In this document: piece by piece, positions 6,939-15,752 of the stretch
Numbering within the stretch: the stretch's first letter is position 1
Layout of the letters: each line of letters starts with the position of its first letter
IMG/VR virus record: IMGVR_UViG_3300045988_048182
Span: 1 to 34,562 of that record
DNA from: a virus
Reading direction: 5' to 3' (one strand)
DNA: 34,562 bases
Notes under the pieces: generated by a model
Seen by the model: only the letters and a program-made list of their open reading frames with translations
Database searches by the model: none
What the model was told of the DNA's origin: nothing
Made by a program: the position numbers and the translations under genes

Positions 6939-9900
6939 TCATTTAACCTTACCTAAGCCATATACGCTACGCGCTATATTAGCTTTTCTCATATTAATTT
7001 TATCTAGTTGTTCCCTCTTTTGTTCGCCGCTCATGCGTTCATTATTAATAATAGCCTTAGATGCTTTATTTAAGTTTTTAAGGCTATTACTTGCATTTTT
7101 GAGTTTTGTAAATTCTTTAGCATCGTATCCTTCCGGCCGTTGCCCTGTTAATTTGAACTCATTATGTAGTTTTTCTTGTTCCTTATAATCGTCATATACA
7201 CGTTGAACGCTATTTGATGATTGATAAGGTGCCGCGGTAAACCCTCTTAACCCCGGAGCTTCGTACCATTTTTTAGATGCATTGTTTTCTTTTACGCCAG
7301 ATACCGCATCAACTGCGTTCAAACCTAACCCAGCAAGGCCGCCGCCGTACCCTCTTATTGTATTGTCTACAACATACGGTGAAACGTTTATTTTATCGCC
7401 TACGAATTTTGCTACCTCGCTAGTGTTCGCGCCGTACTGTAGGCGTGCTGGCAAGTTTTCTTGTGATTGCGGAATAATATTGCGTTGTCTAAATAGTGAA
7501 TAATTGGTTGTTGCTTCAACAATAGGTATCATAGCCGTAGGCATAAAACTTGGTGCAAGGCTATCAAATACGCGATCACCAAATCCTTTAAAACCTACGC
7601 TCTTACGATTGTTTTTTTCATCGTCCATGTACTGTAGCATACGCTCAAATGACGTACCGAATAAAACGCCGGCTTCAAACGGTTTAGGAATTCTATACAT
7701 GTTTTCTTTACCCGGAATAATCCAGAATGTATCTTTTTCCCATTGTGGTAGTTCTTGATAGCGCTCATCATCTTTATTCATGTACCATAACATAACGCTT
7801 GGTAACGTGATATAAAGCATAGTTTTAACCGTCATACCGCGCGGATCTTCTTTAAACGCACGCGCCATTTTGTCTGCGCCTTGAATTGTTGCATTAAAGA
7901 AAGCTATTACTTGGTTAGCTTTCTTTGTGTGCGTACCTCTACGGCTGAAATCTAATGTAATATCACGGCTTTCTAGTGCTGCTTCTCGTACTGATAGCGG
8001 GTTTCTTTCTTTACCGAATAAGCGATTACCAACGCCGGTATAACCCTTTCGTGCATTGTCATATTCTGCCAATCGTGTTGCCATTTCTGTTGCTTCACTC
8101 ATAGCGCGCAACGCTTCAATAGGGTTTTTAATCAACTTCGTAAACTTGCTTTCACGCTTCATAATGTCGCGTAATTGGCCGCCTAAATAGTCGCGGTCTA
8201 GCGATACCATTGCCGCATGTGCCGCGCCAGATTTCTTATATTCCCAGAATGTTTGACCTTTCTTTAAGTACAACGCCAAACCTTTGAACGTATCAACAAT
8301 AGGAATAAAACCGTGTTTAGAGTAAATCGCCGCGCCTATCATATCACGAACTGGGTTACGCAAGATAAATTCTGGCGATAATGTAGCACCAGCGCGTAGC
8401 CAGCTTGCCGGATAAGATAAAATCTTCATAATCATATTAGATTGTTCTTTATCCAACATGCGCATAGTTTCGATAAGTTCCGGTGTTGTTTCATACGTTA
8501 CTTTTTCGCCGTTTTCCCAAACGTTAAACGTATTATCCGTTTTTGCCTTATCACCATTTACACGTTCCACTATTTGCCCTACGCCTTTTTTATCGGCTAA
8601 TTTCGCAAATGTACGGCCAACGTGATTGCGTTCTATTGCGTTATAGAATTGGAATGTATTTTTAATAATGCTTTCCAATGGATCTATAATATCGCGCGTA
8701 CTGCCTTTTAACCGTTTAACCGGACTGGATACATCAATAAAACCCTTGCCACCAGATAAGAACGATTGCATGCCTACGTCTGACATATCGCGGAAAAACG
8801 GAATGTAATGCGGGTACATTTTACGCATTGTATGGTACGCTTTAGCCGTCAACATACCCTCTTTAACAAGCATCGTCAATAGATAATCTTGATATTTATA
8901 GATTTCTTTGGCCGCCTTTTGAAAACGTTCATTTCCGGCGTGCTTGCCTAATACAGCAGCATCTTCCGTGTATGAAAACGTTGCTTTTTGTTGGTTCTTA
9001 TGTAGGTCTAAATCGTGTAATGCCACTAGATACGCGGAAAAATCTTTATGTTCTCTCTTTCCGATATCCTTAATAATATCTTTAAACGCTGGTATTTTAT
9101 ATTCCGGCGCGCCGTGTTCAATTAACGTTTCCGCCTTACCGGCCCAACCACGCGCCAGCCACGCTTGCATATACGGATTATCATCAAACGAAATTTTTTC
9201 ACCTGTTTCCCGTTCGACTTGTTCCACTAAATCTTTTAACGGGTTGAGTTCATCGATTAATTTAGTGTATACATCGCTCATCGCTTTTTTGATAAAGTCG
9301 CGCGTTTCACCACGTTTAACCGCATCAATAGCTTGGATCACTTTCCCTTTACTCTCAAACGAAATACTGCCCTTTACACGTTCCGCCCCGCCTTGACGGT
9401 GCCATTCGTGAACCAGTTGAGATAATTTGTTGGTGATACCGTTCAATTCCGGTTCTTTGGCAATAGCTTCCGTAAAGTGCTTATAAAATTCTGGAAATTC
9501 TCTTTTAGCTTTGGCTCGGTCGCTTACGTAATCATGGAAGAATTCCGCATAACCTTCACCGCGTATACCTTCCATACCTAATTTATTGTACGCTTTACCG
9601 AAACGGTCTTGAACTACACGATTAAATTCATTGTTAAAGCGTGGTTCATTACTAAATTTAAAATAGTTGTCTACATAATGCCCTAACTCGTGCATGATAA
9701 CGCGGAAATCGCCATAATTACCGCTACGAATGACATCGGTATATGTATTGTACCAGCCGCCAACGCCTTTTTTACCTAATCGGCCACTTTTAATGCGTTG
9801 ATTAAACAAGGTATTAACCGTATCTATGATTTCTTTACGTGTTACATTTCGCCCTAATCGTTGCACTTCATCAACACCAGTATGTGGCGTTTCCTTACCT

Positions 9901-12221
9901 CTTACGCTATATTGTAATGGTTCTGTAGGTTTAACGCCTTTACTTTCTAAATAACGATTTGCCATTGCTTCGTTACCGTCAAAGGCTTTCACAACGGCTT
10001 CGTGTACTTGTTCATGCGTAGCGTGTTCAAGTAGTTGGCTAGGTTGCTGCGCGTATGCGCTCACGCCACCTTCTGCCGGTTCTGCTTTTAACGTTTTTAG
10101 TTCTTGCGTATCTGCAATAAGTTTGGCAGCGCGATCATTACGAACACGTTCCATGTATTCATGGCTCAATGTTTCAACTGGTACATCTAAGGCTTCTGAT
10201 AATTTGACTTTCACCGCATCAAGTTCAGTTTTCGGAATATTTGGCTTTGTTGCTTGGTTCAATTCTTTTAAAATTTCCGTATTAGAATTAACTTTATTTT
10301 CTAATTCCGTAAATCTTGTTTCAGATGCATCATGGTTCACAACGTCTTTCAATTCATTTACGATTGTTTCGCGTGCTTTCAATGGCAAATCATCAATAGC
10401 ATTTTTCAAACTTACGTTTGGCGCATCTTCTTCGTATCTAAATTTACTATTTACATCATTTTCAATCGCGTTTTCTTGAATTCTAGGCTTTTCACTCTCT
10501 ACAAACTTAGCATTTATGCGGTTTTCCGGCTGAAATTCATTTATTTCGCCTGTACGGGCCGTTTCACCTTCGCCTTGATAGTTTATACCTAAATCTTCGT
10601 TTTTAACTGATTTATTTTCGGTATTTTCAACAAAACTATTCAAATCTGTATGCGGTTCTTCACCTTTTACAGTTTCATGTTCTACAAATTCATCTTTGAA
10701 TGGTTCATCACGTGTAACGCGATTTGGATCTAGGCTACTATCTTTGAATGATGTATCACGTGGCCCATTTTCATATTTCCCATAGTTCCCATTAAATGTT
10801 TCTTCTGCAATTTGAGCGCGAACATTATCACGAGCAACGGAAGGGTCTGGGCGTTCGTAGGTTTCACGGATAATTTTAGCCATTTCTGCCGGTGTTGCAT
10901 CTGGTCTTGCGCGCATTGCTTCAAGTGCTGCGCTTTCCGTGTTGTGCAATTCCCATACGCTGAAATCAACTTGCGTTCTCCAATCCCATGGGTCTAGCCC
11001 TCTACTTTCGGCAAATTTCAACAAGCCTTTTTCACCGTTCAATCTATCCCCAGTAAATTGAACCAAACCGCGGGAACCGTAGCCGTCGCCACTTGTTATA
11101 GTGGTATTAAAACTACTTTCGGCGCCAATATTACCAGTCATGCCCGCCGCTTCAACGTCGCTTAATCCGTTTTGACGATATCGGTTATATATATCAGCTT
11201 GGATATTCCCTGTTTCTCCTTCGAGCGGTTGCCCGTTAAGTGCATCAGCGGAATATTCTTTTGCTTCAACTGTTGGGGCCGTATCTTCCGGAATGGCTAC
11301 ATCATCAAACGCATTATATTGAACGCCTTCGCGCATTGGTTGTATTTCTGCTACCGCATCATCTTTACTAAATTTTTCGCCAATATCTGCAAATGCATTG
11401 CCAGCTTTTTCTTTAACATGCTCCGTTACACGCCCTACACGTTCGCCAATGGCGCCAGTTACCTTTTTAGGTGTTACGCCTTTAACCATGCCAACCGGTA
11501 AAAACACATCGTCCCATAAATTAGTAGGGTTCATGACAATATTTTTTGCGAACTCGCCCGGATCATCAACTAAACGCCCAACCGGTTCCGTAATAGGATC
11601 TACTAAAACATTTTTTGCCGTAGCAACATATTTATTCCCTAATACCCCGTCCGGTGCCGTTCCTTCGTTTTCTGCCGTTGCATTGGCATCGTACGTTTCA
11701 ACTGCATTGCCGATAACCGTTGGGGCGGCTAATACACCCGCAACCATTCTGACTTGTGGCGGTACAAGCGGCGTAATAGCTATATATCCGGCTGGCTTAC
11801 CAACTCCGGCATTGTATGCCTCTACTCTTGCTTTGTTTAGGCCCGGTGTTTCATGTCCTTCTATAAAGTCCCCGTTATCATCAAATGCTGAAAACTTATC
11901 TCCATTAGCTTCAAGGGCATTAGCAGCACTTTGTGAATACTCCCTACCTAGATTATTTGCTTTATTTACTACATCATCTTTCCAATTTGATAATGTATTC
12001 ATTACATTATCATTAATTTCTTTGCCTGTTTTATCAATCCATTCAATATTGTTTTTAACGCCATTAGCAACATATTCGGCATTATTTTTAACACTATCCC
12101 ATAATGTAGGCTTGGGCGCGTTGCCTACATCATCACCGTATTCGGTTGTTATATCTTCAAAGGCGTTGCCGTTTCCAGCTGCCTTGCCGTATTGGCTTGT
12201 AATATCATCAAACGCACCCAT
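6939..12221 (-). CDS. 1760-aa polyvalent virion (ejection) protein with a phage-tail-lysozyme-like domain, a zincin HEXXH domain and a large C-terminal domain
   Basis: The lysozyme-like segment AAGMTGNIGAESSF...GLVQFTGDR...VDFSVWEL covers about aa 340-475 (nt about 10797-11204). HELGH is at aa 844-848 (nt 9678-9692). There is no coiled-coil or Gly-rich tape-measure character. Confidence 0.7.
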   Translation of the reverse strand: MGAFDDITSQYGKAAGNGNAFEDITTEYGDDVGNAPKPTLWDSVKNNAEYVANGVKNNIEWIDKTGKEINDNVMNTLSNWKDDVVNKANNLGREYSQSAANALEANGDKFSAFDDNGDFIEGHETPGLNKARVEAYNAGVGKPAGYIAITPLVPPQVRMVAGVLAAPTVIGNAVETYDANATAENEGTAPDGVLGNKYVATAKNVLVDPITEPVGRLVDDPGEFAKNIVMNPTNLWDDVFLPVGMVKGVTPKKVTGAIGERVGRVTEHVKEKAGNAFADIGEKFSKDDAVAEIQPMREGVQYNAFDDVAIPEDTAPTVEAKEYSADALNGQPLEGETGNIQADIYNRYRQNGLSDVEAAGMTGNIGAESSFNTTITSGDGYGSRGLVQFTGDRLNGEKGLLKFAESRGLDPWDWRTQVDFSVWELHNTESAALEAMRARPDATPAEMAKIIRETYERPDPSVARDNVRAQIAEETFNGNYGKYENGPRDTSFKDSSLDPNRVTRDEPFKDEFVEHETVKGEEPHTDLNSFVENTENKSVKNEDLGINYQGEGETARTGEINEFQPENRINAKFVESEKPRIQENAIENDVNSKFRYEEDAPNVSLKNAIDDLPLKARETIVNELKDVVNHDASETRFTELENKVNSNTEILKELNQATKPNIPKTELDAVKVKLSEALDVPVETLSHEYMERVRNDRAAKLIADTQELKTLKAEPAEGGVSAYAQQPSQLLEHATHEQVHEAVVKAFDGNEAMANRYLESKGVKPTEPLQYSVRGKETPHTGVDEVQRLGRNVTRKEIIDTVNTLFNQRIKSGRLGKKGVGGWYNTYTDVIRSGNYGDFRVIMHELGHYVDNYFKFSNEPRFNNEFNRVVQDRFGKAYNKLGMEGIRGEGYAEFFHDYVSDRAKAKREFPEFYKHFTEAIAKEPELNGITNKLSQLVHEWHRQGGAERVKGSISFESKGKVIQAIDAVKRGETRDFIKKAMSDVYTKLIDELNPLKDLVEQVERETGEKISFDDNPYMQAWLARGWAGKAETLIEHGAPEYKIPAFKDIIKDIGKREHKDFSAYLVALHDLDLHKNQQKATFSYTEDAAVLGKHAGNERFQKAAKEIYKYQDYLLTMLVKEGMLTAKAYHTMRKMYPHYIPFFRDMSDVGMQSFLSGGKGFIDVSSPVKRLKGSTRDIIDPLESIIKNTFQFYNAIERNHVGRTFAKLADKKGVGQIVERVNGDKAKTDNTFNVWENGEKVTYETTPELIETMRMLDKEQSNMIMKILSYPASWLRAGATLSPEFILRNPVRDMIGAAIYSKHGFIPIVDTFKGLALYLKKGQTFWEYKKSGAAHAAMVSLDRDYLGGQLRDIMKRESKFTKLIKNPIEALRAMSEATEMATRLAEYDNARKGYTGVGNRLFGKERNPLSVREAALESRDITLDFSRRGTHTKKANQVIAFFNATIQGADKMARAFKEDPRGMTVKTMLYITLPSVMLWYMNKDDERYQELPQWEKDTFWIIPGKENMYRIPKPFEAGVLFGTSFERMLQYMDDEKNNRKSVGFKGFGDRVFDSLAPSFMPTAMIPIVEATTNYSLFRQRNIIPQSQENLPARLQYGANTSEVAKFVGDKINVSPYVVDNTIRGYGGGLAGLGLNAVDAVSGVKENNASKKWYEAPGLRGFTAAPYQSSNSVQRVYDDYKEQEKLHNEFKLTGQRPEGYDAKEFTKLKNASNSLKNLNKASKAIINNERMSGEQKREQLDKINMRKANIARSVYGLGKVK

Positions 12222-12236
12222 AGTCTACCCCTTTTA

Positions 12237-13784
12237 TTAATAAGATTTTAACCACGATTTATAATTGCCGTATCCGGCCGCATCAAGTTCCGCCGCTATC
12301 TGATCATCGCTCCAGCCTTGCGCTGATAGTTCATTCATTCGCTTGGAAACCGCTGCTTGTTCTTCGCTTGAATATGTCGGTTGACGTTTAACCGTTGGCG
12401 TTCCAGCACCACCGCCACCAGTAGGCGCACCGCTTAATGCGCTTTGTAACTGCCCATAATAAGGACTTTCTGTTTCCGCCTTATCTGGGTTAGCTTTTAC
12501 CCATGCAGTATGCTGCGCGGATAAAGTCCTTAATACTTGCGCATTATAACCGCTTGTGCCTGTTTGTGTAGCCGTTGCCGGTTTAATATGAGTACCTACA
12601 TATTTCATGCTGCCGTCTGTGCCAACAATATACGTTTTACCGTCTGGTAAAACTTTAATGTTCTTGGCCCCGAAATTACCGATATTTTTCATTTGGCCGT
12701 CTGGTGTCATTACGATAACTTGGCCGTTAGCGAATTGCTTAGTTTCAACCTTGCCATAACCGCCCATATCTTGAATAGAACCGTCGCCCATGTTGTAACG
12801 TACAATGTGTCCGTTTTGCGCACTACTAAATTTATAGTCCGGTTTATCCAACGCCGCAATGCTATTCAAGTTATTCATATCAATAGTGCCAGCACCTACT
12901 TTACTTGCTAGATAATTGTATCTTGCAACGGCTGGCGCTAACCCTTTAACCCGTTTTGTGTTGTATGTATCTACAACCGGGTTGCCGTCTTTATCTTGCG
13001 TAAATACAAGATTATTCATGATTTGTTGGCGCATAGGTTCAAGAACTTTTTCTTGGTATTCGTTGACTTGTTGCGCATACATCGAATTGATATCGCTTTG
13101 ATATTGTTCGCTTGCAAGCCCTTGCGCGGTTTTAAAATCAAAGCCCGCTTTGACTAGTGCTAATGTGTTAGCACCCAATCGTTTGCGGGCCTCTGTGGTT
13201 AGACTTGCTTTATCCGGAATGGCGTATTGTCCTTGCGCTTTATCCTTTTCGGTATTACCATTGCTTACCAAATTGGGCGCTTGGTGAAAAAAATTAGTAC
13301 CCCGTTGTTGTACCATGTCTTGGTACGTTTGAGGTACGCCAATACCGGTATTGTTTAGATTTTGAAAGTTCCATAAGCCGGTACTTTGTTGTGGTTGCGT
13401 TGCCACCGCCGGTGCATCTGTATTCGCTTGTACAGGTGCTGCCGGTTGTAGTGTTTGTGCCACTTGGCCAGGTTGTGTAGGTTGTCCCCATAACCCGTTA
13501 TGTTGTGCCACCATTTGAGCGCCTACGGAATTGTTCCGCATTGCATCATTTACATATTGCGCGGAGTTGAATTGTGTCGGTTGCATCTGCATTGCATTTC
13601 TGTTTTGGTTATCAATCACTTGCAACTGGTCTTGCCCTTGTTGAGCATCACCATTTAACATGCTTTGATACCCTTTCGCCATTTTATTATTTTGCAATGC
13701 ACCTAGCCGATGTGATGCATATTGTCCGGCTAGTTCGCCAACGGCTGCCCATGGTTCAAAGTCTTGTAAATAAATAACTCCCAT
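12237..13784 (-). CDS. Q-rich virion protein (515 aa), putative internal or ejection protein
   Basis: Long ORF between structural genes with an N-terminal third rich in Gln, Asn and Ala. No recognisable catalytic motif. Confidence 0.5.
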   Translation of the reverse strand: MGVIYLQDFEPWAAVGELAGQYASHRLGALQNNKMAKGYQSMLNGDAQQGQDQLQVIDNQNRNAMQMQPTQFNSAQYVNDAMRNNSVGAQMVAQHNGLWGQPTQPGQVAQTLQPAAPVQANTDAPAVATQPQQSTGLWNFQNLNNTGIGVPQTYQDMVQQRGTNFFHQAPNLVSNGNTEKDKAQGQYAIPDKASLTTEARKRLGANTLALVKAGFDFKTAQGLASEQYQSDINSMYAQQVNEYQEKVLEPMRQQIMNNLVFTQDKDGNPVVDTYNTKRVKGLAPAVARYNYLASKVGAGTIDMNNLNSIAALDKPDYKFSSAQNGHIVRYNMGDGSIQDMGGYGKVETKQFANGQVIVMTPDGQMKNIGNFGAKNIKVLPDGKTYIVGTDGSMKYVGTHIKPATATQTGTSGYNAQVLRTLSAQHTAWVKANPDKAETESPYYGQLQSALSGAPTGGGGAGTPTVKRQPTYSSEEQAAVSKRMNELSAQGWSDDQIAAELDAAGYGNYKSWLKSY

Positions 13785-13788
13785 TGTG

Positions 13789-15324
13789 TTATTCCTCTAC
13801 TTTCTCAGTGTTTTTCTTACTGCCTTTTTTGCTTGTTTTTTTAGTGCCTTTGTTATCAGCATCTTCATTACTATTTAATTTGTCTTTAATGGCTTGCAGT
13901 TCATCTTCATTGATACCTTCTGCCATAATGCCGTTGGCATAGAATAAATTATCGCCAGTACATTGCAATTCATAAACCTGTTCAATTTTCCCAGTCGGTT
14001 CGCATTGCGTTACAGGCTGATACCCATGCACGGTCATAATTGGTTCCCCAATTACGAGGCTTTCAACTACTTTCAAGCCTTCCGGAGTTAATACCTTTTC
14101 ACTTGCAGTAGTTGGTACTGTGCAATCTTCAGTAGATAACATATATGTTTCATGCTCGCCCATATCATGCATTTCAATTACATCGTTTACCGCATCAAGT
14201 GAAATAACGGCATCACCCGCTTTAAATGTTTCAATTGCTTTCCCACCTTCCGGTGTTGCAATTTCTGTACCTGCTACAAAGCAAAATCCTTTCATAAACC
14301 CTCCTAAGAAACCGCCACTACCTTGGCGCACTGTAGTTTGTGCTGGGCTAGCTAACCCGTACCGTAACGTCATGTAGCGGTTCAATAAATCTTCCTGATC
14401 TGCGTTATTAAGTTGTGCCATAGAATAGTAATCTTTCGCCGGTTGAATTGCCGCTTCTTGTGTAGTTGCGCCCGTGTTAATTGGGTTTTGTGCTAACCCT
14501 TCACGTTGGCCAACTAGCCCAGCGGCCGTTCCTGCGTTGCTCATTTGATTAGTATATCCTTGGTTCATCAAATTAGCTTGATTTACTATCCCATTTTGTT
14601 GGTTATTATATGTATTACCCCATAACCCCATTTTAGCGCCTATGCCACTTAGATTATTATTAAGTGCTTGGGTGTTAAGCCCTGCCGCTTGGTTAAGGTC
14701 TTGGGCGTATTGTGCTGCTAATGTATTAGATGCATTTTTACTGATATTGTTAATAGCAGTATCTGCTTGGGAAGAATTGATAATACCACGGCTTGCAAGT
14801 CCGGATACTGCACTACCTAATGTGCTTTCTAAATCATTGTTTAGTGCCTTTTGGCGTGCTTCCTGGTATGCAGTAGGCAATTGGCCCGATGTAATAGCGT
14901 TCATAGCATTTTGATTTTGCAATAATGCCCCGCTATACTCATTAGCCAATTGACTTGCCGTATTGTTCATATTATCAACGCTTGCCGCTAACTGATTAGC
15001 GTATTTTGTGTTATCGGTTAGGTTCTGCGCACCAGCACTTGAAATCTGATTTTGTAACGCACCAATCGCATTTTGATTATTTTGATTAGTCCCTAGATAC
15101 TGATTGAACATATCTTTATATGCCGGTGTAATCACATTGCTTAGTGCTGCATCACCCATGCCTTGCAACGCATTAGCGCTTTGGTTAGTTCCGTTTATCC
15201 AACCAATTTGCCCTTTTAGCAATTCTTTTTCTTCCGCGCTGGCCGTAGGTAGTTTTGCATCAATGCTACTTACCTTTGATTTTTTGCCGCCACCGCCGAA
15301 TAATTGCAAGTCAAATATAAACAT
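13789..15324 (-). CDS. Q/N-rich virion protein with a C-terminal Hint (bacterial intein-like) domain and a Lys-rich tail
   Basis: An intein-type block A, CFVAGTEIATPEG, starts at Cys348 (codon 14281-14283). A later block is VYELQCTGDNLFYANGIMAEG. The C-terminal tail is KGTKKTSKKGSKKNTEK. Confidence 0.65.
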   Translation of the reverse strand: MFIFDLQLFGGGGKKSKVSSIDAKLPTASAEEKELLKGQIGWINGTNQSANALQGMGDAALSNVITPAYKDMFNQYLGTNQNNQNAIGALQNQISSAGAQNLTDNTKYANQLAASVDNMNNTASQLANEYSGALLQNQNAMNAITSGQLPTAYQEARQKALNNDLESTLGSAVSGLASRGIINSSQADTAINNISKNASNTLAAQYAQDLNQAAGLNTQALNNNLSGIGAKMGLWGNTYNNQQNGIVNQANLMNQGYTNQMSNAGTAAGLVGQREGLAQNPINTGATTQEAAIQPAKDYYSMAQLNNADQEDLLNRYMTLRYGLASPAQTTVRQGSGGFLGGFMKGFCFVAGTEIATPEGGKAIETFKAGDAVISLDAVNDVIEMHDMGEHETYMLSTEDCTVPTTASEKVLTPEGLKVVESLVIGEPIMTVHGYQPVTQCEPTGKIEQVYELQCTGDNLFYANGIMAEGINEDELQAIKDKLNSNEDADNKGTKKTSKKGSKKNTEKVEE

Positions 15325-15335
15325 GCTTTTCCTTT

Positions 15336-15752
15336 CTACAAAGTTGCTTCAAGGTGTTTTCTAACAGTCTTTAGCACTTTATAATTGAACCCGTTATATA
15401 CATAGTCCATAGTTGGAACGCGTTCCATTTTCCACTTCTTAATAAACCCTTTAACGCTGCGATGTGTGGCCGTAACGATAATGTCTAAATCGTTTAACTT
15501 CATCACATCAACAATGTATTTCCCGATTACTTTCATATCACCGTATGTCTGCCATATCGTAAAATACTTATCACCGTTAAACTCATTAATCGTCCAAAAT
15601 AGGAACCCTGCACCAGGGAAGAATTTAAAGTAATAATTGTACTTATCTTTGTAGTTATTATTTTCATCGAAATAAAAACCGCTTAGATCTACTCGTTCCC
15701 CTGTTCTACGTTCATAGTCCTTTATCATTGTTTCTAGGTTATCTAGCTTCAT
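15336..15752 (-). CDS. Hypothetical protein downstream of the tail fibre (138 aa)
   Basis: ATG 15750-15752 overlaps the fibre TAA (TAATG), so it is preferred over the upstream start in the ORF track. Confidence 0.5.
   Translation of the reverse strand: MKLDNLETMIKDYERRTGERVDLSGFYFDENNNYKDKYNYYFKFFPGAGFLFWTINEFNGDKYFTIWQTYGDMKVIGKYIVDVMKLNDLDIIVTATHRSVKGFIKKWKMERVPTMDYVYNGFNYKVLKTVRKHLEATL

Noticed and set aside
6939-12221. Interpreting the 1760-aa gene as a tape-measure protein because of its size and its position before the lysis genes
   Set aside because: It lacks the long coiled-coil or repetitive character of a tape measure. No tube or chaperone genes lie upstream. Instead it carries enzymatic lysozyme-like and HEXXH domains.
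11398-12240. 280-aa plus-strand ORF, and many similar plus-strand ORFs such as 8944-9396, 10123-10479, 17109-17549, 19808-20221 and 21231-21485
   Set aside because: All lie antisense inside long, well-supported minus-strand structural genes. They lack Shine-Dalgarno sequences and translate to Ser/Thr/Pro/Phe-rich low-complexity sequence typical of antisense frames.
15336-15752. Faint resemblance of the 138-aa post-fibre protein to a GNAT acetyltransferase fold
   Set aside because: I could not identify an acetyl-CoA-binding motif (Q/RxxGxG/A). The resemblance rests only on size and the hydrophobic pattern.
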